From NCBI GenBank assembly GCA_036741695.1, contig DAINRU010000002.1, positions 17,862-81,861 of the forward strand: DNA of 64,000 nucleotides. The letters run 5' to 3'. The stretch comes from Vulcanimicrobiota bacterium (GTDB lineage Bacteria; Vulcanimicrobiota; Vulcanimicrobiia; Eremiobacterales; Eremiobacteraceae). Under the pieces are notes generated by a model. It had not been told where the DNA came from. It was given only the letters and a program-made list of their open reading frames with translations, and made no database searches. Every line of letters starts with the position of its first letter. The first letter of the stretch is position 1. Made by a program: the position numbers and the translations under genes. This document shows, piece by piece, positions 27,637-37,034 of this stretch.

Positions 27637-28701
27637 ATGAAGAAGCGTAAGAGCTCAACTGCCAAGGCGAAGCCCCCGCGCCCACGCGTCGGACGCGCGA
27701 CGGCAAAGCCAGCGCGTGCGCCCGCCACCGTGGGCATCGCACCGCGCACGGGCCACGACGGCGTGCGCGCCCAAGGCGCTCAGCGGCAGACCGTGAGCCT
27801 CGCGCTCGTGCAATTCGCCCCGCGAAAAGGGGACGTCAACGCCAACCTCGAGCGCATCGAGCAGGTCTTCGCCGCGTTGCGCCACGACAAAGAAGGCTTC
27901 CCCGGCGTGGTCGTCTTTCCCGAGGCGTGCCTTTCGGGGTATTTCGTCGAGGGTGGCATCGCAGAAGTGGCGCTGAAAGCGTCGACCGTGCTCAAGCGGC
28001 TTACCAGCGCCGCTCGAAGCGCGTGCGGCGCGAACCATCCACCCTTCGACGTCGTGCTCGGTTTCTACGAAGACGATGGCGGCAAGCTGTACAACAGCGC
28101 GCTTTACGCGAGCCTCGGTGCGAGCCCGCTGATACGCCACGTCCACCGCAAGCTATTCTTGCCGACATACGGCGTGTTCGACGAGGAGCGATTTGTCACG
28201 CGAGGGCGCACGATTCAAGCGTTCGACACGCCACACGGGCGCGCGGCGATCCTCATCTGTGAGGACGCCTGCCACTCCATCGCAGTGACCATCGCCGCGT
28301 TGCGAGGTGCGCAGATCCTGTATATCCCAAGCGCGTCCCCCGGTCGCGGTCTTGAAGACGCTGAGCCCGCGAACGTCCGCATGTGGCGCGACATCATGCG
28401 GGTAGCGGCAGCCGAGCACGGTATCTTCATCGTCTACGCCGGCCTGGTGGGCTTCGAAGGCGGTAAGGGTTTCACCGGAGCCTCGCGGCTGATGGGGCCG
28501 TTCGGCGACCTGCGCGTGGAAGCGCCCTTCGACGGCGCGGCCATCGTGCGCACAACGATCTCGCTCGCCGACGTGAACATCGCGCGAGCGGCGCTTCCTG
28601 CGCTCGGCGATCTCGAAGCCAATCTCTCCGAGCTGACCGAGATGTTCGATGAAGAGGTCGCGAACAGGCCAGCTCGCGCGAAACTCCGGCGCGCGCAATG
28701 A
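27637..28701 (+). CDS. Carbon-nitrogen hydrolase (nitrilase superfamily), probable glutaminase partner of NadE
   Basis: FPEACLSGY (catalytic Glu region), RKLFLPTYGVFDE (Lys), ILICEDACH (Cys). ATGA overlap with nadE. It has a basic, low-complexity N-terminal ~45 aa. Confidence 0.8.
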   Translation: MKKRKSSTAKAKPPRPRVGRATAKPARAPATVGIAPRTGHDGVRAQGAQRQTVSLALVQFAPRKGDVNANLERIEQVFAALRHDKEGFPGVVVFPEACLSGYFVEGGIAEVALKASTVLKRLTSAARSACGANHPPFDVVLGFYEDDGGKLYNSALYASLGASPLIRHVHRKLFLPTYGVFDEERFVTRGRTIQAFDTPHGRAAILICEDACHSIAVTIAALRGAQILYIPSASPGRGLEDAEPANVRMWRDIMRVAAAEHGIFIVYAGLVGFEGGKGFTGASRLMGPFGDLRVEAPFDGAAIVRTTISLADVNIARAALPALGDLEANLSELTEMFDEEVANRPARAKLRRAQ

Positions 28702-29558
28702 AAGCACTGAAGCTCCACGTCGTCCACGCGCCCGTCCACGAAGAGACGGGATTGAAGTTAGACGCTGCCCTGGCGCAGCGCTGGCTCACCAATTTCCTGC
28801 GCGATGAGATGATCGGGCGCCGCGGCAAGCGGGTGGCGATCGTCGGCGTCTCGGGCGGCGTGGATTCGGCGGTCGTCGCATATCTGTGCGCAGAAGCGCT
28901 TGGGGCTGCGAACGTCTACGGCGTGCGCATGCCATATCGCACATCGTCTGGTCAGAGCTTCGAACACGGCGGTCTTGTCATCAAGGCGACCGGCATCCAC
29001 GACCTCGTCATCGACATCAGCGATGCGGTGGACGGCTACTTGCAATACGAGCCTGACGCATCGCCCACCAGACGCGGCAACGTCATGGCGCGCGAGCGCA
29101 TGATCGTGCTCTTCGACCAGTCAGCCAAATACGACGGGTTGCCGGTGGGCACAGGCAACAAGTCAGAGCGGCTGCTCGGGTACTTCACCTGGCACGCTGA
29201 CGACTCGCCGCCGATCAATCCCATCGGCGACCTCTTCAAGACGCAGGTCTGGGCGCTGGCGCGCCACCTGGGCGTGCCGAAGGAGATCGTCCAGAAGCCG
29301 GCCACGGCGGATCTCATCCGCGGCCAGACCGACGAAGAGGACCTCGGCATCACGTATCTGCGCGCGGACCGCATCCTGTATCAGATGCTCGTCGGCTATC
29401 GGGCGCAAGACATCATAGCCTCCGGGTTCGAACCGGCCGAAGTGGAGCTGGTCGCGCGCAGGGTGAATGCCACGCACTGGAAGCGTCACTTGCCGACTAC
29501 TGCGATGATTTCGACCACCGCCATCAACGAGTACTATCTACGGCCGGTCGACTACTAA
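28698..29558 (+). CDS. nadE: NAD+ synthase (synthetase domain only)
   Basis: PP-loop VGVSGGVDSAVVA, GTGNKSE, ADL..GQTDE. Confidence 0.88.
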   Translation: MKALKLHVVHAPVHEETGLKLDAALAQRWLTNFLRDEMIGRRGKRVAIVGVSGGVDSAVVAYLCAEALGAANVYGVRMPYRTSSGQSFEHGGLVIKATGIHDLVIDISDAVDGYLQYEPDASPTRRGNVMARERMIVLFDQSAKYDGLPVGTGNKSERLLGYFTWHADDSPPINPIGDLFKTQVWALARHLGVPKEIVQKPATADLIRGQTDEEDLGITYLRADRILYQMLVGYRAQDIIASGFEPAEVELVARRVNATHWKRHLPTTAMISTTAINEYYLRPVDY

Positions 29559-29582
29559 AACGACTCGAGGCAAACACCGATC

Positions 29583-29990
29583 ATGCCAATCAACTTAGGG
29601 ACCGTCGGTCATTTCGGCATCTCCGTCCGCGATCCGCGCAAGAGCGCGGCCTGGTGGACCAAGACCCTCAACCTCAAGCGCTTGTTCGCATTTTCGGGCG
29701 GCGTCATCATCGGCAACGAGGCGGTGACCATCGTGCTGCACCGGGGCACGCCGCGGCCTGAAGCGTTCCATCACGTCTCGTTTCACCTGCGCAGCATGGC
29801 GCAACTGCGCTCGGCGCTTGCCGAATTGAAGCGCAAGAAGGTCGACATCGAGGACCCAGGCGAGGAGATCGGTCCCGAGGCGCCGGGCTCGAAGAACGTG
29901 GGGCTGTGGTTTCGCGACCCTGACGGGTATCGCTGGGAGCTCTCCGTGCTCGAGAAGCCGTCGCGGAAGAAGAAGAGAAAGCGAGGATAA
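29583..29990 (+). CDS. VOC family protein with a Lys-rich tail
   Basis: VGHFGISVRDPRKSAAWW..HVSFHL..DPDGYRWEL. Confidence 0.7.
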   Translation: MPINLGTVGHFGISVRDPRKSAAWWTKTLNLKRLFAFSGGVIIGNEAVTIVLHRGTPRPEAFHHVSFHLRSMAQLRSALAELKRKKVDIEDPGEEIGPEAPGSKNVGLWFRDPDGYRWELSVLEKPSRKKKRKRG

Positions 29991-29993
29991 CGC

Positions 29994-30398
29994 GTGCCGA
30001 GGTACTTGCACACCTCGATCTTCGTCAACAATATGGATGCGTCGATCGAGTTCTACACGAAAAAGCTTGGACTCAAGCTTTTGGGCGGGCCCGACCACTA
30101 CCCAGGCAACGCCGACATGGCGTTCGTCGGCTCGAATTGGGATGCGTATATCGAGCTTGTCTACGACCTTGAAGCACATCCGCCGTACGAGATCGGCAAT
30201 AGATACGAGCATCTGGCAATCGAGGTGGATGGCGACCTAGTGGCTGTCTGCGACCGCCTGAAAGCCCAAGGCGTCAAGGTGCTGCGCGGTCCGAAGAAAT
30301 CTCCCGGCGGTTCCCGTTCGATCGCATTCGTCGAGGACCCAAACGGCATCCCCGTCGAGCTGCTCGAGCCCAAGCCGACCAAAGCCGGCGGCTCATGA
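29994..30398 (+). CDS. Lactoylglutathione lyase-like VOC family protein
   Basis: YLHTSIFVNNMDASIEFYTKKLGLKLL..YEHLAIEVD..FVEDPNGIPVELLE. Confidence 0.75.
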   Translation: MPRYLHTSIFVNNMDASIEFYTKKLGLKLLGGPDHYPGNADMAFVGSNWDAYIELVYDLEAHPPYEIGNRYEHLAIEVDGDLVAVCDRLKAQGVKVLRGPKKSPGGSRSIAFVEDPNGIPVELLEPKPTKAGGS

Positions 30399-30435
30399 CG
30401 AGCGACTCTCTTTAGCCGACTGCCTCTGACGCGAG

Positions 30436-31695
30436 ATGGCGACAGCCGAGATCATCACGATCGGTACGGAGCTGCTCCTCGGGCAGCTCGTCGACACGAA
30501 CACCTCCGTCATCGCCGCGGCGCTGGCCGAATCCGGTTTCGACGTCTTCCGCGAGAGCACGGTTGGTGACAACGAGAACCGCATCGCGCAAGCGATCCGC
30601 GAGGCGCTCACCAGGGCGGATGCGGTGGTCTGCGCGGGCGGGCTCGGGCCCACAATCGACGATCTCACGCGCGAGGCGGTGGCGTCGGCGACCGGCAGAC
30701 CGCTTGAGCTCGACCAGGCTGCGCTCGCTGACTTGAACGCCTGGTTCGCGAGCGTCGGACGGCGCATGTCGCCCAATAACGCGCGCCAAGCGATGTTCCC
30801 CCGAGGCGCCACCGTGTTGGAAAACCCAAAGGGCACCGCACCGGGCTTTGCGCTTGAGACCGGCGACAAGATCATCGTGGTCATGCCGGGGCCGCCGCGC
30901 GAGATGGAGCCCATGCTGCGCGACCACGTGATCCCCATACTCAAGGAGAAATTCGGGCTGCAGTCGGCCATCGCCACGCGAGTGCTGCGAACGGTCGGCA
31001 TCTCGGAATCCGAAGTCGATGCGCGCATCGCCGAGCTTTTCCGCACCGGCGTCAACCCGAGCATCGCGGTACTGGCGCACCTCGGCCAAGTCGACGTCAA
31101 GCTCACCGCCAAGGCGGCGACGAAAGCGGCCGCACATGCGCTTATCGACCAGCTCGAACCCGAGATCCGCCGGCACCTCGGCGAACATATCTTCTCAGCA
31201 GACGGCGCGTCGCTGCCGCAAACCCTCGGACGTCTGATGCGCGAGCGCGGATGGACTCTCGCCACCGCCGAGTCATGCACCGGCGGCATGCTGGGTGAGA
31301 TGATCACCTCGGTCGCCGGCTCGTCGGATTATTACCGCGGCGGCGTCGTCTCGTACGCCGACGGTGCCAAGACCGCTCTGCTCGAGGTCGCGCCCGAGCT
31401 CATCGAGCAACATGGCGCGGTGAGCGAAGCGGTCGCCGCTGCGATGGCCGTCGGAGCGCAAGCGGCGTTTCGCGCGACGCTTGCGCTATCGATCACGGGC
31501 GTGGCGGGCCCGGGAGGGGGCACAAAGGAGAAGCCCGTCGGACTGGTCTTCATCGCGTTGGCGGATGGCACGGGCGGCGTCGAGGTCAAACGCCTGCATA
31601 TCCCCGGCGACCGAGAGGCGGTGCGACACAGAGCCTCGCTTGCCGCACTGACGCTGGCCTGGCGCGCGGCGAAGACTGCAGCGACTGCCCCTTAG
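30436..31695 (+). CDS. cinA: CinA family protein (MoCF-binding domain plus nicotinamide-nucleotide amidohydrolase PncC domain)
   Basis: AEIITIGTELLLGQLVDTNTS.. at the N-terminus and TLATAESCTGGMLG..YYRGGVVSY..GVAGPGGG at the C-terminus. Confidence 0.88.
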   Translation: MATAEIITIGTELLLGQLVDTNTSVIAAALAESGFDVFRESTVGDNENRIAQAIREALTRADAVVCAGGLGPTIDDLTREAVASATGRPLELDQAALADLNAWFASVGRRMSPNNARQAMFPRGATVLENPKGTAPGFALETGDKIIVVMPGPPREMEPMLRDHVIPILKEKFGLQSAIATRVLRTVGISESEVDARIAELFRTGVNPSIAVLAHLGQVDVKLTAKAATKAAAHALIDQLEPEIRRHLGEHIFSADGASLPQTLGRLMRERGWTLATAESCTGGMLGEMITSVAGSSDYYRGGVVSYADGAKTALLEVAPELIEQHGAVSEAVAAAMAVGAQAAFRATLALSITGVAGPGGGTKEKPVGLVFIALADGTGGVEVKRLHIPGDREAVRHRASLAALTLAWRAAKTAATAP

Positions 31696-31703
31696 TCGCT
31701 CGG

Positions 31704-31730
31704 AACGGACCTAAAGGTCCATTGCTACAA
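31704..31730 (+). repeat. Palindromic leader repeat, copy 3 (slightly degenerate)
   Basis: aacggacctaaaggtccattgctacaa, 9 nt after the cinA stop. Confidence 0.8.
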
Positions 31731-31760
31731 ACGTACGGAAAGTGTTCGTCGCGATAAGCG

Positions 31761-31788
31761 AACGGACCTAAAGGTCCGTTGCTTCAAG
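31761..31788 (+). repeat. Palindromic leader repeat, copy 4
   Basis: aacggacctaaaggtccgttgcttcaag, identical to copy 2, 19 nt before the permease ATG. Confidence 0.85.
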
Positions 31789-31806
31789 TATAAGGAATGG
31801 CGAGGC

Positions 31807-33216
31807 ATGGAACAGACCGGCGTGCGGCGTTTGCTCCGCTCGCTTTCACTCGTCGACCTTTCAGTGCTGGCCTCATCGGCCATGGCGCCGGCCTACAGCA
31901 TCGCCGCCGTCATGGGCCTTGTCGTCGCGGCCGCCGCAGCCGGTGCGCCACTGGCCGTCATCGTCTCGACGATTCCGATCGCCTTCATCGCGATCGGCTT
32001 CATGCGACTCTCGATGGCCAAACCGGCGGCCGGGGGCGCCTACACCTGGTCGCGCATCGCGTTCGGCGATCGCGTGGGCTGGTTCACCGCGGTGCTCATC
32101 ATCATCGCCTATTACTTCGGCACGCTCGCGAGCGCAGTTCCAGCCGGCGTCTACACAATCAATGCCCTGAGCCTGCTCCACCTGCACGTCGCCGCGACGC
32201 CGCTCTCGATCGCAATAGCCGGAGTGGTCTGGACCGCGTTCTCGACCTACTTCCTCTTCATCGGTGCCCGCCCGACGGCGCTCATCTCGGCGATCTTCTT
32301 AGGCATTGAGATCGTGGCGCTGCTCGTGATCGCCGCGATCGCGCTTGCCAACCCATTTTCAGGCACACCCCCACCCGGGCACCTGCCGCTTGGCATCACC
32401 ATCGGCGCAACAGGCATCGCCGGCCTCATCGTCGGGGCAGTGCTCTCCATTTGGATCTCGGCGGGCTGGGAGCTCGCCACCTACAGCTCTGAAGAATCCA
32501 AGGGTGCCGCGAGCACGCCGGGGGCCGGCGCATTGATCGGTCTCTTGGCCACGATGGCGCTCGTGTGGTTTTGCATGGTCGCCTTCATGCACGTGGGAAG
32601 CGTCGACGGCTTTTCCGCGCACAAAGACGATGCGCTGGCATACGTGGCGCAGCGTTTAGGCGGCGGCTGGATCTCGGCGCTCATGGTCGCAAACGTGCTC
32701 GTCTCGAGCGCGGCCGCACTGTGGACGACGATGCAGGTCTTGTCGCGCGCCGTCTTCGCGATGGGGCGCGACGGACTGCTTCCGCGAGCGCTCAGCGCAG
32801 TGCATCCGACATATGGTTCCCCATGGGTCGCGGTGCTCGTGGTCAGCATCCCGGTCATCGTGCTGTTGCTCTACTCGGGTTTCGTTGCGAGCGCGCAGGA
32901 AACGCTCAACACCGTCGTCACAGGTTCGTCGATATTCGTCGGCGCGACGTTCATCATCACTGGGCTTGCCTGCGCTTATCTACACACCCGCCAGAAGGGC
33001 GAGCAGCGACATGGGTTCACCGGAATCGCCCTGCCCGCCATCGGGGCCCTGTGGACGCTTGCTTTTCTTATCTACGACGTCTGGAAGCAGCAGGCGTCCT
33101 TCATCCAGTGGTTGACCTTGATCGGCCTCCTGGCGGCTCTCATATTCGCGGTAACGGCAGGCCGCTGGGCCATGTCATATCAAGCATTGGCGGCACATAA
33201 GGAAGAAGAGGCGTAA
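31807..33216 (+). CDS. APC superfamily amino acid permease
   Basis: About 12 predicted TM helices; N-terminal LSLVDLSVLASSAMAPAYSIA typical of APC transporters. Confidence 0.85.
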   Translation: MEQTGVRRLLRSLSLVDLSVLASSAMAPAYSIAAVMGLVVAAAAAGAPLAVIVSTIPIAFIAIGFMRLSMAKPAAGGAYTWSRIAFGDRVGWFTAVLIIIAYYFGTLASAVPAGVYTINALSLLHLHVAATPLSIAIAGVVWTAFSTYFLFIGARPTALISAIFLGIEIVALLVIAAIALANPFSGTPPPGHLPLGITIGATGIAGLIVGAVLSIWISAGWELATYSSEESKGAASTPGAGALIGLLATMALVWFCMVAFMHVGSVDGFSAHKDDALAYVAQRLGGGWISALMVANVLVSSAAALWTTMQVLSRAVFAMGRDGLLPRALSAVHPTYGSPWVAVLVVSIPVIVLLLYSGFVASAQETLNTVVTGSSIFVGATFIITGLACAYLHTRQKGEQRHGFTGIALPAIGALWTLAFLIYDVWKQQASFIQWLTLIGLLAALIFAVTAGRWAMSYQALAAHKEEEA

Positions 33217-33263
33217 GACCGAAGCCGAAATATTCCGACCGTAGGAATGAACGAAAGGCGCTG

Positions 33264-34763
33264 ATGCCGGTGCGGTTCAGCGAAGCAAAACAGCCTGTGA
33301 GATCACATTTGCTCCTCGTGGCGCTCGTCGCCGCACTAGCCCTCTCTAGCAGCGCGTGCGGGGGTGGGAGCACCATGCCGAAGAGCCAACCGACGCCGAC
33401 CGCGACAACGTCCAAGTCTTTAGGCTGTTCACACACGTTCAGCGCGGCCCGGATCGCCACCGCATTCGCCCATATCGGCTCGCTCGGCATGCGCCTGCCC
33501 ACGAGCACGCAAGAGAGCATTGCGGATGGAAAGCTCGCCGTGCGATTTGACGGCGGCAGCATCTCGCCCGAAGCCGCGGCGATCCTCTCGCGCATGGGCG
33601 CGCGCCAACTGAGCGAGGCCAACCCGCAGGGCGCAGTGACGTTCTCCATCCCAGCCGGCAGCGATCCACGCGCGGCGGCAGAGAGTCTCAGCGGCGCACC
33701 CGGCGTGCTCTCAGCGGGTCCGCTTATCTATCGCCACATGCTCGACGTGCTCCCGAATGACCCGCAATTCGCGAGCGGCGCCGTGACGGAATCGGCGAGC
33801 TCGACGAACCAGTGGGATATGTTTGCGATCCAGATGCCGAGCGCGTGGGCCGTGACGACCGGCAGCACGACGGTCAAGATCGCCATCATCGACACGGGTT
33901 ACGACACGGGCAACCGCGACCTCGTGGGCAAGGTCGACGCGTCGGTCGTCTACGATCTGGGAAACGGCACCGTCGACAAGAAACTAACCATCGAGGACAA
34001 GGACGGCCACGGCAGTGATGTGAGCGGCATAGCCGCCGCAGATACGAACAACGCGATCGACGTGGCCGGCGTGGGCTGGAACGTGCATCTCCTCGAGGCG
34101 CGGGTGTTTCCCTATGGCTCGAATCCCGGCGCGAGCACGCAGGACATCGCCGCAGCCATAAATTGGGCGGTCGCCAACGGTGCCAAAGTGATCAACTTGA
34201 GCCTGGGGAGCAGCACACCCGATACCACGTATGAAGAACCGGCTGTGGCCAACGCGATCAAGAGCGGGGTGATCGTCGTGGCGGCCGCTGGGAACGACGA
34301 TGCCAACACGGTCGACTATCCGGCTGCCGATCCGGGCGTCATTTCGGTTGGCGCGTCGGCGTTTTGCGACTCGAGCAAGAACGTGCTTGCGGGCGGCTAC
34401 GAGTACGTCGCGTCCTACTCGAACTACGGAGCCGGGCTCGCGCTCGTCGCGCCGGGCGGGGACCCCGACGGCACGCAAACCAAGTGCACCCCGTCGGTAC
34501 CTGGCTGCATCGACTTCTTGCAGTGGATCGACAACTTGGATAGCCTCCAGGGCCCGTTCACGGAGGAGGTCGGTCTCTTCGCCGGCACGTCGCAGGCCTC
34601 GCCTCACGTCTCGGGCGCCGTCGGACTCATGGTGAGCAAGGACGCCGCGCTAACGCCGGCTCAGGCGCTCTCGATTGTCGAGTTGACGGCTGACAGGATC
34701 GGCGACCCGCATCAAGGCGCCGGGCGCCTTAATGTTTTCAACGCGATCAACATGACGCCTTAA
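33264..34763 (+). CDS. S8 (subtilisin-like) serine peptidase, lipoprotein
   Basis: Lipobox LALSSSAC; catalytic triad motifs IAIIDTGYD, HGSDVSGIAAA, GTSQASPHVSGA. Confidence 0.88.
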   Translation: MPVRFSEAKQPVRSHLLLVALVAALALSSSACGGGSTMPKSQPTPTATTSKSLGCSHTFSAARIATAFAHIGSLGMRLPTSTQESIADGKLAVRFDGGSISPEAAAILSRMGARQLSEANPQGAVTFSIPAGSDPRAAAESLSGAPGVLSAGPLIYRHMLDVLPNDPQFASGAVTESASSTNQWDMFAIQMPSAWAVTTGSTTVKIAIIDTGYDTGNRDLVGKVDASVVYDLGNGTVDKKLTIEDKDGHGSDVSGIAAADTNNAIDVAGVGWNVHLLEARVFPYGSNPGASTQDIAAAINWAVANGAKVINLSLGSSTPDTTYEEPAVANAIKSGVIVVAAAGNDDANTVDYPAADPGVISVGASAFCDSSKNVLAGGYEYVASYSNYGAGLALVAPGGDPDGTQTKCTPSVPGCIDFLQWIDNLDSLQGPFTEEVGLFAGTSQASPHVSGAVGLMVSKDAALTPAQALSIVELTADRIGDPHQGAGRLNVFNAINMTP

Positions 34764-34790
34764 TCAAATGCGCTCGAGCGATTTGGGAGA

Positions 34791-34812
34791 AAGGACGGCG
34801 TTCACCGTCCTT
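34791..34812 (+). terminator. Hairpin after the S8 peptidase gene (no clear U-tract)
   Basis: aaggacgg-cgttca-ccgtcctt: 8-bp stem, 28 nt after the stop. Confidence 0.35.
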
Positions 34813-34957
34813 GACATTAGTCGGAGCAGACCCGTGTGGGAAAAGGACCCCGGGTGACTTTGCTGAATCGTCAAGTCGTGAACCGGAGGTTGCTTTGGCG
34901 ACTTTACAGTCGCTTAATCGTTGACCCCTCAGGCGTGGCGCGCGGAACACTCCTCGG

Positions 34958-36343
34958 TTGAAGCGCACACGTCTCTCTCGCGTTCTCGGACTTTCCGACC
35001 TCTCGATCCTGTCCTCGGCGAGCATGGCGCCCGCCTATTCGATCGCGTCGACGTTCGGCCTCATGGTCGCAGCGGCCGGCTCGGGCGCGATACTCTCGCT
35101 CATCGCACTGACGATCCCGATCGTCTTCATCGCGATCGCCTTCCACCGCCTATGCGAGGATCAGGCCGACGCAGGCTCAACCTATGCCTGGTCGCGCGTC
35201 GCCTTCGGCTACAAACCCGGCGCCTTCGCCGCCTGGATCGTCGTGCTTTCGTATTTCTTCGCCGCAGTCGCGGCGGTCGTGCCAGCCGGCATCTACACGC
35301 TTGAGCTGCTCTCGTCGTTCGGGTGGCTGCCAGCCTCGCTCGTCAACCAGGCTCCAGCGGTCGCGATCGCCGGCAGCTGTTGGGTCCTGGCGGCAAGCGC
35401 GCTGCTCATCGGCGGCATGCGTCCAACGGCTCGGGCCACGGGGCTCTTCCTGCTGGCCGAAGTCGCTGCCCTCATGCTGTTCGCCGTGATCGCGCTCTTC
35501 CATCACCCGGTGGCCGCCGCCAGCCACGCGCATATAGTCTCGCTCGGCGCGCGCGGCATGACCGGTTTTCTGGCCGCCATGGTGCTCTCGATCTGGGTGA
35601 CGGACGGCTGGGAGGTCTCGACCTACGCTTCCGAAGAGAACTCAGGAACGTCTCGTCAGCCAGGGCTTGGCGGTCTCTTCGGGTTGCTCATCACCGTCGT
35701 CATCGTGATCATCTGCATGGCGGCCTACTCGAGGGTGACCGACCTCGCGAGCATCTCCAGCCACGCGGCCGACACGCTCGCCTTCGTCGCCGTGCAGCTC
35801 GGCGGCGGCTGGAAGACGACTGTCATGGTCGTCACCGTGCTCGTCTCGACCGCAGCGACCTTGTGGACGACACAGCTTGGCATCTCGCGCGGCCTCTTCT
35901 CGATGGCTCGGGATTCTGTGTTCCCACGGGCGCTCTCGGCCGTCCATCCCAACTTCGGCACGCCGCACTTGAGCATACTCGCCGTCAACATCGGCGTCAT
36001 GTTCGTCACGCTGCTCACCGGGTTCTTGCCCTCGGCCAACGATGCGCTGCTCGAAGTGGTGAACGCCTCGTCCATATTCCTTGGTATGACGTTCATCCTG
36101 ACCGGCCTGGCCTGCGTTGTGCACTTTCGTCGCAAAGGCTTCCCCGTGACCGACCTCACACGCGTGGTGCTGCCGGCGATCGGCACGCTCGCCGTGACGG
36201 CACTGCTGGTCTTCAATTTCGCCAATCAATCGCGTGTCGATCAGTGGATCGTCCTTGTCTTTGTCGCCATGGGCGTGGTCTTCGCGGCCGTGCCGAGGCT
36301 CCCGCGCGCAGCCGCGCCCGACTACCGTGTCCCAGCCGCCTGA
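34958..36343 (+). CDS. APC superfamily amino acid permease (paralog of 31807-33216)
   Basis: LGLSDLSILSSASMAPAYSIAS and collinear TM pattern and motifs with the upstream permease; TTG start. Confidence 0.85.
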   Translation: MKRTRLSRVLGLSDLSILSSASMAPAYSIASTFGLMVAAAGSGAILSLIALTIPIVFIAIAFHRLCEDQADAGSTYAWSRVAFGYKPGAFAAWIVVLSYFFAAVAAVVPAGIYTLELLSSFGWLPASLVNQAPAVAIAGSCWVLAASALLIGGMRPTARATGLFLLAEVAALMLFAVIALFHHPVAAASHAHIVSLGARGMTGFLAAMVLSIWVTDGWEVSTYASEENSGTSRQPGLGGLFGLLITVVIVIICMAAYSRVTDLASISSHAADTLAFVAVQLGGGWKTTVMVVTVLVSTAATLWTTQLGISRGLFSMARDSVFPRALSAVHPNFGTPHLSILAVNIGVMFVTLLTGFLPSANDALLEVVNASSIFLGMTFILTGLACVVHFRRKGFPVTDLTRVVLPAIGTLAVTALLVFNFANQSRVDQWIVLVFVAMGVVFAAVPRLPRAAAPDYRVPAA

Positions 36344-36482
36344 GCGACCTTCAGCGTACTAAGCTTTCCCCGCAAGAGCGACGATAGTCACAAGTGAGGC
36401 CCCCCAGAGTCCTATAGGTGGCCTTTATTCATGGGCGCGCGCGCCCGGCCTCACTTGCCTCGTGGAGAAATGAAATCGATTT

Positions 36483-37022
36483 ATGAACAAACTGATAAGA
36501 ATAGCAGTCCTCGTCGCGCTCGCGACACTACCGTTGTCGTCGGTCGCGCTCGCGGGAACCGCTACGAGCACATTCACGGTGACGGCCAACGTCACCAAGA
36601 ACTGCACGATCAGCGCCGCGAACATCGCGTTCGGCCCGTACGATCCGATCGTCGCCAACGCAGTGACACCCCTCACGCTCCCGTCGACGGTCACCGTCGC
36701 ATGCACGAAGGGTGCAGTGGCAACGGTGGGTCTCAATGCCGGCACGAATCCCGGAGCGGGTGGTTGCGCCACGACCAGAGCGATGAGCTCCGGTGGTGGG
36801 GCGCCGTCGTACCTGTGCTATGAGATCTATCAACCAGCGCCCGGCGCGGGCAACGTGTCCGCGACGACGACCGTCTGGGGCAACGTCGCCGCGAGCTGGT
36901 GGACCTACACCTCGGCTGGCAAGGCGCCATTCGGGTTGGTGGATACAGGGCAAATCCCAGCAGGCCAGGACGTGCCTGCCCTCTCCTACACGGATTCGGT
37001 CATCGCCACCGTCACGTTCTAG
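36483..37022 (+). CDS. Spore coat protein U (SCPU) domain pilin, Csu/Mcu-type major subunit
   Basis: Signal peptide, then TFTVTANVTKNCTISAANIAFGPYDP...GQIPAGQDVPALSYTDSVIATVTF, the characteristic SCPU pattern. Confidence 0.8.
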   Translation: MNKLIRIAVLVALATLPLSSVALAGTATSTFTVTANVTKNCTISAANIAFGPYDPIVANAVTPLTLPSTVTVACTKGAVATVGLNAGTNPGAGGCATTRAMSSGGGAPSYLCYEIYQPAPGAGNVSATTTVWGNVAASWWTYTSAGKAPFGLVDTGQIPAGQDVPALSYTDSVIATVTF

Positions 37023-37034
37023 GACTGGATTGCA

